Assembly: GCA_964016885.1 (NCBI GenBank)
Contig: OZ024742.1
Coordinates: 123,194,001-123,258,000 of the forward strand
Direction of reading: 5' to 3'
Length of the DNA stretch: 64,000 nt
Origin: Eledone cirrhosa
Lineage: Eukaryota
The translations under genes and the position numbers were made by a program. A model generated the notes under the pieces. It saw only the letters and a list, made by a program, of their open reading frames with translations, was not told where the DNA came from and ran no database searches. Below are positions 13,390 to 27,363 of this stretch, in pieces; position 1 is the stretch's first letter; the number at the start of each line of letters is the position of its first letter.

Positions 13390-13600
13390 ACCTGATTTAG
13401 GGACAAGTCCAACCATTTTGGGGAAGAGGAGATCTATTAAATCGACTACTGTGCGTTACTAGTACTTTCTTTTATTAACTCCGTAGGGATGAAAAGCAAA
13501 GCTAACCTAGGTGGGATTTGAAATCAGAAAGTAAAGGGACGGAATCTTATGCCACAAAGCATGTTGTCCGACGCTCTACCGATACTGCCAATTCATTGAC
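13390..13600 (-). mobile_element. SINE family 1
   Basis: Family consensus blocks (gatgaaaagcaaagctaacct, tgtccgacgctctaccgatactgccaat). Confidence 0.7.
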
Positions 13601-14322
13601 CCACATGATGATATATTCTATTTTCAATGGTGTTTTTGCTTCGGTTTTAACCTTGTGGCTCAAAGCGACACGTACACTATTGACGATAAAAGGATTTATA
13701 TGTTGACAACACAGCAAATACTTGTTCTCAATGCAGAATTGTATAGCTAGTAAATGAAGAGTATCAAACACGTCATTGCGGATTTGCGTCTAAGTCACAC
13801 TGGATTTGATTTGGTTATTATCAAACAATAGTCGATTATATCAATTGATGTCACCCTTGTAAAGTAATTGATCGATGACCTGGTAAATAGAGAATATTTT
13901 TAATAATGCTGCCAATGTCGGTATAGTGGCGGGCAAAACGATTACGGTATTTGGTTCTGACGTTTTAGGCTGCAAGTTCAAATCTCATCCTGGTCAACCT
14001 TTCATTGCTGATAAAATAAAATGCCAGTTTAGCATCTGCACAGAATCAACTAGGAATCGCTATGTGGTGAATCACGTTTTAGAATTAACAGCCAAATTTA
14101 CAACAAATCTCAACTTTATATCTCAAGGACGTTTACTTTCGATAGAGAATGTAGCCTCTGATATACCAAAAAAGATGAAATTGACAAAATGCCTTATTCA
14201 AAACAATAGGATGGATATTTGATGAAACTGTGTTTCTAGTAGGCTGAGAGATGGCTACATATTCTGTACAATTCTAAGACATTCGTCTAGATACGATGGG
14301 ATAAAGATAACTAAATATATAA

Positions 14323-14720
14323 TGGTTTCAAAATTTGGCAAAAATCCAGCGAATTTGGGATAGGTGAGAGTCGATTATATCAGCCAGTACTTGACTGGTA
14401 TCTTATTTATTGACTTCTGAAGTATGAAAGGTTAAGTTCACCTCGGTGGGATCTAAACAAGTTTGTCATGTACTAGAACAAATACTGCTAATCAATTGTC
14501 CAATGTTTTAACGACCCTGCCAATCCACTGTCATTAATGGTTTATAATTGTGGCACGACGTATGTAATTACGGTGGTGGAGCAAGTGGATTTTATTGAAC
14601 AGCTCTTGATTATTGCTATAATTTATCGACCCCAGAAACATGAAAGGTAAATTTGATCTCCATGGGATTAGAATTCAAGTAACGTAAAATATTAAGTCGA
14701 ATACTCTAACGATTATACGA
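14323..14720 (-). mobile_element. Two adjacent decayed SINE family 1 copies
   Basis: Repeated gtcgatt..ctggta..ttattgac..tgaaagg blocks. Confidence 0.55.
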
Positions 14721-15224
14721 ATGCAACGCCATGATACTTTAGAAAATAGTTTGCTACGGTGTGTAACGTTATGAGAGGTCAAATATGTTCAACCAAAGTA
14801 TAGTGGTTGCTACATTACACACTTAGTTTCAGATTGTTATATCTATATTAAACATAAAGTGTGGTATTTCTCATTAATGATAGTTCATATGGTAATAATT
14901 ACACCACATAAGAAATCTTCTACCATGTATGTGCGTTCAAGGTTTGAAACTCAAGGCAGATAAGAATATTCAATCTATTATATAAAAGCAGGCAGTGAGA
15001 TGTTACAAAAATATCAAATATTCTGACTATTTTCAGAGAGTTAGGTATATAGCAGAATTACAGTGCAGTATAAAAACGGATGGAACAGAATGGCCATACA
15101 ATGCAAGGCAATACATATTTGATAGATTTTGGTATTTAATACATAACATTGTTACCACTTTATATACTACCGTCAATGTACACTTATTGTTGATATAATA
15201 AATATCACTGACGTGCAGATGCCA

Positions 15225-15850
15225 TTTCACTGGCATATGTATCGGTAGAGCGTCGGACAACATGCTTTGTGGGAGAGAGTTAGGTTCCTTTACGTGCTGA
15301 GTTCAAATCCAGCCGATGTTAGCTTGCCTTTCAGCCATATGGGATCGTTAAAATAAAGTACCAATCTTGCACTGGGGTCGGTTTAATCGACTTCCCCCTC
15401 GCCCAAAATTGTTGCCTATATCAGAAACCATTATTAGAACTACATGTGTGTGGATGAGCAGTATCAGTAGAGGGTTGGACACCATGCTTTGCAGCATAGA
15501 GCTTCGGCCATTTAGGTTGTGAGTTCAAATCCCGCCGAGGTTAATTGCCTTTAATCCTTACGGGGTCGATAAAATAAAGTACCAGTAGTGCACTGGTATA
15601 ATTTCTGGCCTTGTGCTAAAAGTAGAAACTACATGAAGGCCAGTGGATTGACAGTATTGGTAGAGCATCTGACAACATGCTTTGCAGCCTTTACTTGTGT
15701 CTTTACATTCTGAGTTCAAATACCACCGTGATTATCTTTGATTTTCATTCTTACGGGGTGGATGAAATAAAGTACCAGTAACACACTGAATTCGATTTAA
15801 TTGACTTTCCTCTCCTCCAAAATTATTAACCTTGTGCCTAAGTCAAAAAG
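15225..15850 (+). mobile_element. Three head-to-tail SINE family 1 copies
   Basis: Three units of about 200 bp, each with gtagagcgtcggacaacatgcttt, tgagttcaaat and aaaataaagtaccag-like blocks. Confidence 0.8.
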
Positions 15851-15904
15851 TATTATTAGAACTTCTTGAACTACTGATGATAATACTATTACTACTTTCC
15901 AGCT

Positions 15905-16150
15905 ACTCAGAGAATGACGTAGAGAACTTAAACTGGTGTATACGTATTCCTACACAAACACAGGCAGGGATTAAGACAAATCGATTGAATACTATTGCTA
16001 AAGACCATCCGGAAATTAAGTGTCTTCTATTCGAAATGTCAGCCCAAATAGACGATAATGTACCTCGAGAAGAAATGGAAATTATCTGTTCAAATATAAG
16101 GGTCTAAAAAATTAGATAACTAGAATCTGGGAATTGAAAACAATGCAATG
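15905..16150 (+). pseudogene. Decayed R4/Dong RLE endonuclease fragment
   Basis: ORF 15832..16107 segment IKTNRLNTIAKDHPEIKCLLFEMSAQIDDNVPREEME aligns by eye with IDANRPDIILKDFKNRVCLLIDMSVPTDKNVSIKTFE in ORF 55420..56268. Confidence 0.6.
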
Positions 16151-16183
16151 GCAATGATTAACAATATACTGGTAAATAAATGT

Positions 16184-16440
16184 GAAGCCACGTGGCCTAA
16201 GGGTTAGCATGATGGATTTACGATCATAATTTCGTCAGTTGGATTCCTGGACAGCATGCTTTGCTGTGTCCCTGAGTAAAACACTTTTTTTATGTTACTC
16301 CAGTACACTTGACTGGGAGTGAGTAGCAAGGTATCTAAACTGACAATAGACTGGTGTCTTATCTTGGGAGAGTCTTGTGCATTCAGTCGCTTAACGCCAA
16401 CGAAACCGTGAATAAGTACCAATCAGATGAGCATTCAGCT
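16184..16440 (+). mobile_element. SINE family 2 (tRNA head, CORE-like centre)
   Basis: GTGGCCTAAGGGTTAG A-box-like head, tgtgtccctgagtaaaacact centre and gactggtgtc block. Related to 31292-31578. Confidence 0.65.
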
Positions 16441-17064
16441 CAAATCAAATGTCAAATAAATAACAAGCCTCCACAATGATGATGATATTGATGGTCGTGG
16501 TGGTGGTAGTGGTGGTGGTGGTGGTGGTTTTGATTGTGATAGTCATATCGATGAGGCTGTTATTCCATCCATTTCAGCTTCCAATGAGAAGAACAATGAT
16601 CAAAGATACTCTATCCACGACAACCCCATGATATTTAAATAGTGTATCATATCAGATACTATTTAAGACAGTAAACAAATACATAGGTTGCTGTCGAACA
16701 TCCTGAAGAAAATCTTGTCACACGAAAGGCGAGTGCTTTGTTTCATTCTTTGCGCCAACTTTAGCCCTAGAATTAGAGGTGGCCAATTTTGCCATGTCAA
16801 TGTTGTCACTTTCATTTACTTATCATACAAGAGACGAGGAGGCCCTTAATTCTTGAGGGGTCATAGGAACACTGTCCAAACACACTGACAGTTTACACCT
16901 GGTGGACCTATCTCTTTTCAAGGATAAACACAGTCAATATCTTCCGGAGAAAGAAAAGAAGATTGGAATAGAGAGCGAGAAATAAAGTAAGTGAAAGGGA
17001 TAGAAGGTATGAATGAGAGAAAATTATAAAGGTGGATAGAATAATAGTCAGAAACAGTTTTGGA

Positions 17065-17425
17065 AGGATACTTAATTTATCGACCTCGTAAGTTTGAAAA
17101 ACAAAGTTGCCCTCTGTGTGATTTGAACTCAGAACACTGTGAGCCGAAACATTTTAAATCCATCACTTGAACGGCTTGGCCAAATTCACTGTCGTTTATT
17201 TATAATACTAACATAGTTTCTAATGGGCGCAAAGCCAACAATTTTATGGAACGGGAAAGTCGACTATATCGACATCAGTCTTTTATTGGTGCTTTATTTT
17301 ATTGACCCTGAGAGGATGAAATGCAAATTAACCTTAGTAGGATTTGAACTCAGTGTGTAGAAATCTATAAATATATATGCCGCAAAACCTTTTCTCCGTC
17401 GCTCTACCAATACTGCAAATATTCC
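17065..17425 (-). mobile_element. Two SINE family 1 copies
   Basis: gatttgaactcag (reverse B-box) occurs twice with family body. Confidence 0.6.
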
Positions 17426-20045
17426 ATTCTACTTATTATAAACAAGAAGAGGAAGAACCACTTATGAAGTGCTTCAGTATTCTTGATAATAATGGAGTAG
17501 ATACAAAACTGTTAAATTGAATTCATTCATAGAAATAAACATTTTCAGAGATAAATTTTTCGTCTTATTGCAGCATTTTCTATTCTGCAATTGTACAATT
17601 AAAATTTATGTTCGACATCTTTCAATAGCGTAACTTTAGAAAACTTATTGTTTTGTGAGATTTTCAAGCACCGATATACAGAGATTCATTATATGAATAA
17701 TTCTATGAAGGCACCTCTGTCTTCTTTCTTCCATACCCAAGGGTATGTTACTCAGATTTCTTAATTATTATTTATAGTGAACATCTATTTCTATTATTAT
17801 GGTCATTGCGATGAAACGGGGACCTTTAAAATTTCAAATTACCCAATGTTTCTTCAGTCAACCTTCTTTACACTTCTAGCCTGAAGCTTAATATCTAAAC
17901 AGAGGAAACTATAGACCAGTGATTTTTTAGCATAGTCGAAAGGCACACGCCTGGCATCCGAGAGATACAGGATTCGATTTCTTGCAGGCGTCTCTGTTCC
18001 CTTTTTTCTCTCTTAAGTGATAATTCTCTTGATTTTCTCAACTTTTATTTATAATAATCGACTATTGTTCTTATGGCCATTTTTGTTGGGACACACAATA
18101 ATACTTATATATGAACGATCCAAACCTGAAGGCAATTTTATTGATTTGGCTTCTAATACTAGAATATCGAGTAGCTTTGCTTCCACATCGTTTTGATTAT
18201 GGCAAAGATATATTCGGTGTGTGTGTGTCGGGGAGAGTGTTTCCTTCTAATTATCACTAATAGACTTGGCTTGCTACAGTTTCTCCGCTAAGTATCAAAT
18301 TTTCATGGATAATCACGGTAGTTCACAATATGAAATGAAATCTAATCATACCATACATACTTTGATTTCTTCAACTAAACATAATTGTGAGAAAATAATA
18401 TAGATAAGATTGGAAGTTGCAGAAAATTACATGATAAATAAATATATTTTCGTGTAGCTATATAATTTCCTTATATGGGTTAAATCTTGTTGACCACTAG
18501 AGGCTCTTATCGGATATCCATTCTGTTTCATCTTGCATAGAATGAAATTATTTGAAGTATTAACAACTAATAGCAGATAGTAGCGGTCAAGTGAGGAGTT
18601 TTAGTTATGGACCAACATCTAGTTTCTCTTGCGTTGTACGAAACAAAATTTCGCCAGTATACAGCAACTCTGCTTGCCTCCCTGACCTTGGTTAATACAC
18701 CCCTCATTAGACACATGCCCAGACCAATTCAATAGCTTTCACCTGGTCAACGATTTGTACAATCCTGGAGTACACCGCTTTGATTTTCAGGCGTAGTTAA
18801 GAGGCTACCACATCTCCCCAGATGGCAATTTTGCCCTCTGCTGTCTCCAACAATTAAAAGATTTCATCGTTACATCGGTTGTCAAATCCCGAGTCGTTAT
18901 GCTGTGGTGCACGAACCTCCATAATATTAACGGGATTCATTAATTTCTTAACCTCCTATTTATCATAAATTACTGTCTGATATGATCTATAGCTGCCAAC
19001 ATCTATTATATACTACCATACTCCAACCCACCGCTTATAAACCTCACTTCACAGTCACTAACCTCGTTCGAATATTCTGAACCTTCACCAGCTTTTTCAT
19101 TTCTCATGTTCACAAACCCAACATTCCTGACAATCACATCATTTCTGCTTGCAATTACCCCATAGAACTCATCTCCAAGTAGCTTTCACCTTTGCTCGCA
19201 TCCCTACCTTCATAAAGATTCCACTTCAAACATCCCCTCCACCTCTTCGACTCCTCGTCCTCCTATTCGGACCTTTCCTAGTACATTGTCACCGTGAAAA
19301 CTTATTCCATCTACATTGTTAACCATTATCATAGCACCTCACTCACACTCAAATATTTCTTCGACAGTCTCTCATCAGTCGAATCTAGCCCTTACTGTCA
19401 ACTGGTTCACCTTATACGGCTAATATCAAAAACTTTCAGGGGTAGCAATGGGAAACGGAGTTATCTAACTACGTTAATCTATTTGTTTTGTCACGTTAAG
19501 GCCCGAGTCTTCCTCCAGTTCCCTAAATCCTCCCCAGAGGTATACCAACACCGAATGAAACACAATAATCTTACTCACACCAGAGCAGCATATCTCCTTC
19601 CTCAACTTGGTCAATTATTTCCACTATGTCCTAGAATTCTCATCTATCTTCTACAACACATCTATCAACATTCTCTTTATATCCGTTTTCTTCGACCATC
19701 TAGTTACGGTATCACTACGTCTATCTTTTACAATCCTACTAAGTCATAGTCATCTCTTGAGGTCGCAACTTTCACTCCAGTTACAATACATTTTCTATCT
19801 CTTAAGTCAGATAGATTATTTTCATTTTGCTGCTCCCGTTGTTGCGATCCCAAATAAATCATGCCATTTTATGCTATGTGAAATCCTACTAGCAGTAGTC
19901 AAAACCTCCTACCTCTGGCCTACAGTATCTTACTTACTTCCACTCTCAGGCCTTGTGCCTGTTCTAGGATCTCCCTCCCTAATATTATTCCACTGTTACC
20001 CATCACTTTTTTAAACATATTTCCCTATATTATGTAGGCTTAGTG

Positions 20046-20170
20046 AAGGTGCATAGCTTAGTGGTTAGAGAATTGGATTCGCAATCGACGGGTGCGAGTT
20101 CAATCTCAGCGATGCGTTATATCCTTGAGTAAAAAACTTTGTTTCGCATTGCTCTTTATGCCAGGAGGTG
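20046..20170 (+). mobile_element. SINE family 2, 5' part
   Basis: tagcttagtggttagag..gagttcaatctc..atccttgagtaaaaaacttt. Confidence 0.55.
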
Positions 20171-21684
20171 AGAACAATAAATAGTATCAGCAATTGAAAG
20201 ACCAAAGGAAACCTTGTTTCCTTACCCCGATTTGACGAGTTCCACTCCAGTCAGTAAGCCAATAATGTCTGGAATCTTGTCAGTTGACATCCTCTCCTCA
20301 TACATGCAGGAAATCTAAGTGATGTACTGGCTTATCGATCTCGACACCACACCACACAGAGTCGAGACTCTTTGCTTTCTCCTCACTCCAATTGCTACAT
20401 CTACCCTAGCATCCTTAACACCACCAACTTACTTAATAGGACGTAATGTAATCTTTCATGCCATATAAAACTTCACTGTTCCAGTTAATCACACCTGTAT
20501 GCACCTCACCCTCACCGGTATTATCAAATAAAAGGGCTCAATAATATTGCGACATTTAAAGGCTCATCTTCCAACTCAGACTTATTCATCGACATATACT
20601 GAACAAGCACCCTACTTTTCTTTAATCACCTATATACGCATATGAATAAACATGAAAAGAAAACCTTACAAAATATGTCACCATCCACACATATACACAC
20701 AAAACACAGAAATGACTTTCCTCCGGAGACATACATGCACATCCCTACATAGTTTACACTCTATTCCATCGTTCATATACAAATGCATACAGCTATGCGA
20801 TACACTACAATAACAACAGGATTAGCAGCGAAAACATTGTTGATACTTTAAGATATTAATGCATGGTACATAGAGTATAGGCTACATTTTGCATACACAC
20901 ATATATGCAGTCGTATATACACATACACGCGCAATACACTGAACGTTCTACGACACTGTTCATACACACCTCTCCTATCTTACTGATGCCGCACTTCTCT
21001 CTGCCAACATCTACCTCCTACTTAGTCACTTCTTTCTTTCTACGGTGCACACTATCAACAAAAACACACCATTTCATTTTCACTGGTACTTAACTTTTTC
21101 CCTCTTTTCTTCTTTTATTCTTTTTTCACACCGAAAGAAACTGTTCAAAACCTTCAACTTTCTTTTCATTTTTTCCCTACCACTGAAAACTATAAACTCT
21201 TTATTGTGTACGTTTTTATTTCCCTTTTATTTGGACTTTTACTACGTTTTGCTTTATTCCCAGTATCATGTTATTTTTGTTCAATTTCAGATATAGGTTG
21301 TGATTAGAAAATATAGGTAACTTTGCAAAAATGTTGACAGCGAAGAATAATAAATATCATAGCCCCACTACCAAATATTTACAAAATATGTAGAAGAAAA
21401 TATTCCATGAAATTGCATGAGCTACGTAGATAAACACTGAGGAGTCACACAACGTGCCACATATAGGAAACATATAACCATCAATCCACAAGATATATAA
21501 GATTAAATATTCTTAGATACTGGTAAAAACTGAACGTCGTTGCTTATATCATCGTTAACATAACTGACTTGAGGCATCATCATCAATATCGTTTAACTTC
21601 TACTTTCCCTGCCTGCTTGTAAAAGATGAGTGTAAACCAGAACATGTCTATATGTATAGTAAGGTCTTCAATGTAAAGGTATGA

Positions 21685-21935
21685 AATATCTGAAGCAATA
21701 GAACTCCGAGTATGATATATTTAGAGCAAACCATCTGTAGCAATAGATCTGTACATATGATTATCTGGAGCAATAGATCTGGGGGGAGGGGTATGGTATA
21801 TCTAGACCTTTGACCTATATCTGGTGGTATTATATATCTGGAGCAATACATCTGGGGGTATGATATATTTGGAGGTTTTATATATCTAGAGCAATAGATC
21901 TGGACGTATGATACATCTGGAACAATAGATCTGTA
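21685..21935. repeat. Degenerate minisatellite, unit about 31 bp
   Basis: Repeated atctggagcaatagatctgggggtatgatat-like units. Confidence 0.75.
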
Positions 21936-22949
21936 AAATAAACCTCATCATTAGACCGGCTAACTACGTACCACTAGATCGGGACAAATCTGCTACTACA
22001 TATGAATAACATTATTAGTGGTGTACCCGATAATTGGAGAATACGCATGTGCACTTTACGATACATGAGATAAATGAAAGCTATGGTACACAATAATCTG
22101 GAATAACTTCAAAGGAACTCGACTTGATTCATACTTTCTAAATGGCGGCATGATCTTTGGTTCTCTGCTCGACCTACGATGCATGTAAATAATGAAAATT
22201 CTTCGAGGAATCATCCATTAATAAGAATTATTGTTAAGGAACAGGTGAAAGATTGCGAGTCGGGTTCATATTTGGCATGCTATGGTTGCTTCCCAACAGA
22301 GTTAGTTATAACCAAACCATTAAAAGTATGTGCACAATATCATATTAAAATTATCTAGCTATAACATCAGTAATAATACGCTAGTAAATATCTCATAATA
22401 TAATATTAGAATTACGCTTAAAATTGTTGGTTGTGCTCAACATATAAGTATGTATCACAAAATATTTTCAGAATAACAATTTTATATTAACAAAACATTA
22501 ATACAAATATTGTAGTAATAGTACTGAAATTAATCAAAAGAAAAATTTACATTCTAGCTTATAAACAAGCTATTGCAATGAAATCTATGAGTGTTTCTCT
22601 GACAGTATATATCAGAAGAAACAAGGCTATGAAATTAATGTATGTAACACACATTTACAAAACCCTCTCACTATACTGGAAATTAAAAGCATTGCTCAAA
22701 TAGACCAGATAGAAGAATTATATTTACAGTTATGTATTTGCATATATGGATGTTGGCCAAGTCATTTATATTCTCATTTTTACCTCTAATGAATTAAACA
22801 TTATCACGAATAAATACAAACCTCTGATAGCATAATACTTCTTATACAATAGGACACGAAATTAATAATATAGTAAGAAACGTTTACAAAATACTCAAAG
22901 ACTATTCAAATTGAAAGCCCTGTAATATAGCAAAAGAATAGTTATATTT

Positions 22950-23048
22950 ACACGCACACACACACACATATATATATATGTATATATATATATTTTAATA
23001 TATATATATATATAAATGTATGTATATATACATATATATAAATGTATG

Positions 23049-23096
<48 letters not shown>

Positions 23097-23104
23097 AATG
23101 TATG

Positions 23105-23180
<76 letters not shown>

Positions 23181-23205
23181 CACCCACCGCACACCCACGC
23201 AGACA

Positions 23206-23266
<61 letters not shown>

Positions 23267-23290
23267 ATGTGTGTGTGTGTGTGTGTGTAA
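22950..23290. repeat. Compound CA/TA/TG microsatellite
   Basis: Direct reading. Confidence 0.95.
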
Positions 23291-24819
23291 CACAAATATA
23301 TAATACATACATTTTCTTTTCATTATCTTCTCTTTATGAATTATACATTGTCAACTATGGATAAAACCGTTCGAGAAACAGTAATTTTTATTAGTGATTT
23401 ATTTCGCGTGGTTAATTATAAAATATTATACGGAACGAAACACATTGTAGAAAACGGTCTACGTATCTAAGTATACTTACTAAAAACAAACAATTTAGTA
23501 AAATCGTATATGTAATAAGGATCGGGGTTCCGTATGTCGTTTCGCTGAATAAAAGCACTTATTCCGAAAGAACTATTTGGATTATTATGTTATTCCACAT
23601 GATCTCCAATATATTGCAGCCAACAGATACTTTGAAATAGATGGACCATGTGATCAAGAGAAGAGGGTAATGAAAATAGTTGTATAAAAATAGTATAACA
23701 GATGCAGACATTACTCTTTGTTCTCATTTAAAAATGACAGAGCATGGCCATATAGATACAGCAGCGCATCCACAAAATAATAAACGGCATTAAATGGTCT
23801 CAAATGAATGCGTAGATGTCGAAGCTTCAAAGTCATTGACAATGGTGAGGTTGAATAATTGAATAACTGACGTACAAAGGCACTGTATTTTGAAGGATGA
23901 AACGTTCTTTGGAATCAGGATTATATACTAGATGTGGCAGGTCTACAGTATTATGTAAGCTGAAGCGCAACTCATTTATTTAATGCCATCGGAATAAATA
24001 AAAAGACCAAAGTATCGGATTCAAATAAGTAGTCAATATATAAAATATAACATAGCATTACAAAAAGCAATACATCAAAATATCTTCATATAATAGCAAT
24101 AATAAAATATAGCTCTGCATAGCCATTGGTATTTGTTTGTAATTGATGTAGTGGAATAGAGCCCATCTGGAGGAAATAAATAGTTCTATGTTTTGATAGA
24201 TTTACTTCAAATGGATTATAATTGTATCGGGATTCAATGTTTCTTCAGCAAGCTTTTTTCTTTTTTTTAAATCAAACCTAAAGAGAATAAAAATCAAATA
24301 TTGTAAACGTTTAAAGGATATGATGATGAAGTTCATATAGTGGGGTTTTGAAGGAAGATAAATGGCTAACATTCTTCAAAGACAGGTTACAGCTCTTCAC
24401 AAACCATCAGTCAATTTTTTTATATCATTAGTTGCATTGATGCCACTGGAGATTCCTTAGGATTATATGATAGTAGCGTAGGTACGCCTGTAGTTATTCT
24501 TTTGCTATATTTTCTAACAAGTGCATCGTGGAAGAGTAAACAAACTTAATGTGAAATTTATATTTTAAACAACTGTGTGATGATCAATTCTGTCAATCAT
24601 TGCCTTTGCAGTAAGCTCAGTTAATATCATTAAACACTCATGGCAGGGTATTAAGGAGACGTTGTATAGCAGAGGTGTCAAATTTTTCATTGTGTTAAAA
24701 TGTACGCGTTTAAAATATTTTTGTTATTGGCCTATAATTACCTACATCTTTTTAGATAGATTGGATGACCGAGTAAATGAATAAGACGTCTATCAGGCAA
24801 GTCAGTATTTTCTATCATG

Positions 24820-25140
24820 AGGGCGGTGGATTGGCAGTACAGGTAGAGTGTCGGACAACATGCTTTTGTGGCATATAGTTACGCCCATTTATGTTCTAAA
24901 TGCACCAGGGTTAGCTTTGCATTTCACTCTTTCAGAGTTGATAAAATAAACTACCAGTGGGGTACGAGGTCGATTTAATCGAATTTCCTTTTCCATAAAA
25001 TTGTTTAACCTTGTGCTTAAATCAGAAACTACCAGGGTGGTATCAGTAGTATGTCGGGCAATACGCTTTTCAGCATATAGTTGCAACATTTTACGTTCTG
25101 AAATCATATCCCGCCGAGGTTAGCTTTGCCTTTCATTCTT
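24820..25140 (+). mobile_element. SINE family 1, one full copy plus a partial tandem copy
   Basis: gggcggtggattggcagtac..tcggacaacatgc head and aaatcagaaac tail. Confidence 0.75.
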
Positions 25141-27183
25141 TCTTATCACACGGCTTATACGACATCGTGTCAATGACTAAAATATATATGGTTCCATAGC
25201 CGAATATATATAGATTTAATCAAATTAGGCAGATGTTACAATTCGTTCCTATAAGCATGGTGTCATATTGGATATGGCGACTATTTCGTTAGGGTGTATT
25301 TTACATTTGGAAATTTGTCACTAGGAATATACAAAACCTGAATTAATTCTGTATGATAAAATATTTCCAGCCTGACTATAAAACAATATTGGGGTTATAA
25401 CTAGAAAAAATGAGGTTTTTATTTCACAAAAGCTGAATGTCGCTTGTATCAAATGTATGGTTTCTCTCATCTGCGATCTGTGTGTTGCTTCTAATGAATA
25501 TATCACTGAAATTGTTTTACAGCTTCAAATTATCTTATTAAATGCAATCAATCAACTTAAACAATGGTTAAAGTGGTTTGCTATTTTTCTATGAACGTTC
25601 ATTTGTTTTTTTTTTTGCTTTTTTTCATTATTCAGAAAACCATTTTCTTAGATATGGATGAGTGCTCTCAATTGAAATAAAACCACACAAGTCAACTATT
25701 AAAAACACGTTTTTATTCAAATTTGGCATTTACGTGAAATATTTGAGTTTTGAGGATCAGTGCACGGGATATAGCAGTCATTCTCGGGATGTTGCGGACC
25801 TTCCTGCTGAATATCTACATGCTATATGGGTTAGGAGAAGATATTTTCAGAGGGCTTTCAATTCTGGTACAGATTCTTGCAACGAAATAGAGAACAGAGA
25901 TTTCATATACGTTAGATAAACATGCTACTACGTGGAGATTGAAAATACTCTTTAGTGCAGAACACTACAGAGGTGAACGTAGCATTTAATCATCTCATGG
26001 GTGAACAAAATGTAGCAGTTATCCCCAAATGTGAAGTCTTATACCGCAAGCCTTGAAACTCTCGTGTATAAAGGAAGCTATCTGCAACTAATACCATCAC
26101 CACCCTAACTATACGATCCCGGACAGTGCGGGAGAACGCTCACTAGCGGGCAGAACCCTAGACGCAAGCCACCCACTGATCCCAAAAGATAGAAGAGAGA
26201 ATGCGTTACACCATTCCAATTCGTGGGACTCCCTGCTTCTTCTGACTAACTCCGTGTGTACGAAGATTGTACGATGACAAAGAACGCCAGCAATCTTCAA
26301 CGCAGGAGGAATAACACTAAATAATTATACTTATGATATTTTTTCAACATAGGCAGAATGCCATATATTTTCTTTGGGTATCGTATAATTGATTCAGTAC
26401 TTGACTGATATATATTTTATAGAGACAGTTGACAGGAGCTGAACTTTGAATGAAACATGATCTTCGCCACAAAATTGTTGTAAATATTGAAAGTATTGAA
26501 AGACTAAAAAATCATTGACGACATAATCACACAAGATGATACAACTATGAATTTTAGAAGTCATGACATACAGGTGACTACGGGGAAAATTAATAATGAA
26601 AATCTATAGTGAATAGCTGTATTTAATATATATCTATTAGAGTGAGACAGGAAAAGAAATAATAATTTACGGAGAAGCAGGACAATGCGTTTTCAATGAA
26701 ATGGACATTGCAAGATATCTTCTCTTTCACGAACAAAATATAATTGAAATAGTGTAAACAGCCTTTTAGGCTAATACGACAGAAAATAATTTTATTCCGA
26801 ACGTCATGCTGAATATTTAACAATACAATATCTAAATATATTTATTCGATTATATATTTATATCCCAAAAGACACTACTATAAATTTAAAAGTCGAGAAA
26901 TATAGCAACTATATTAATACTGTTGATAGTCACTAGAAGATTATATAGGTAGTAAGAAAAAGTATAGAGTAGATCAATAGGGAGAGAGAAAAAAGATGAA
27001 AATATACAATGCGATTGCTATGGATAGACATTTTAATTATTTATAACACTTGAAATTTGAAAAACAGAATTATTTGTTTTTAAAACTATTTTCATATATT
27101 GATATAAGCAAACATCAAATTACCATCAGTTGATCGTAATTTAGAAGTATGTTTAAGTATTAAGTATTCATTAGTATTCTAAA

Positions 27184-27363
<180 letters not shown>

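Noticed and set aside
14974-15010. TCTATTATATAAAAG as a second Helitron 5' end
   Set aside because: No matching hairpin-CTAG 3' end found downstream.
15225-15850. Regularly spaced repeats and tRNA-like boxes suggesting a CRISPR array or tRNA genes
   Set aside because: These are diverged SINE units in eukaryotic DNA, with no constant repeat-spacer pattern and no complete cloverleaf.
18900-19990. Pyrimidine-skewed block with 151-aa and 135-aa ORFs
   Set aside because: Probably the antisense of a very old LINE, but no motif could be read confidently.
22895-23364. Many ORFs rich in YI, CV or HT repeats (also at about 9.5, 27, 37.6, 41-43, 50.7 and 62 kb)
   Set aside because: Translations of dinucleotide microsatellites.
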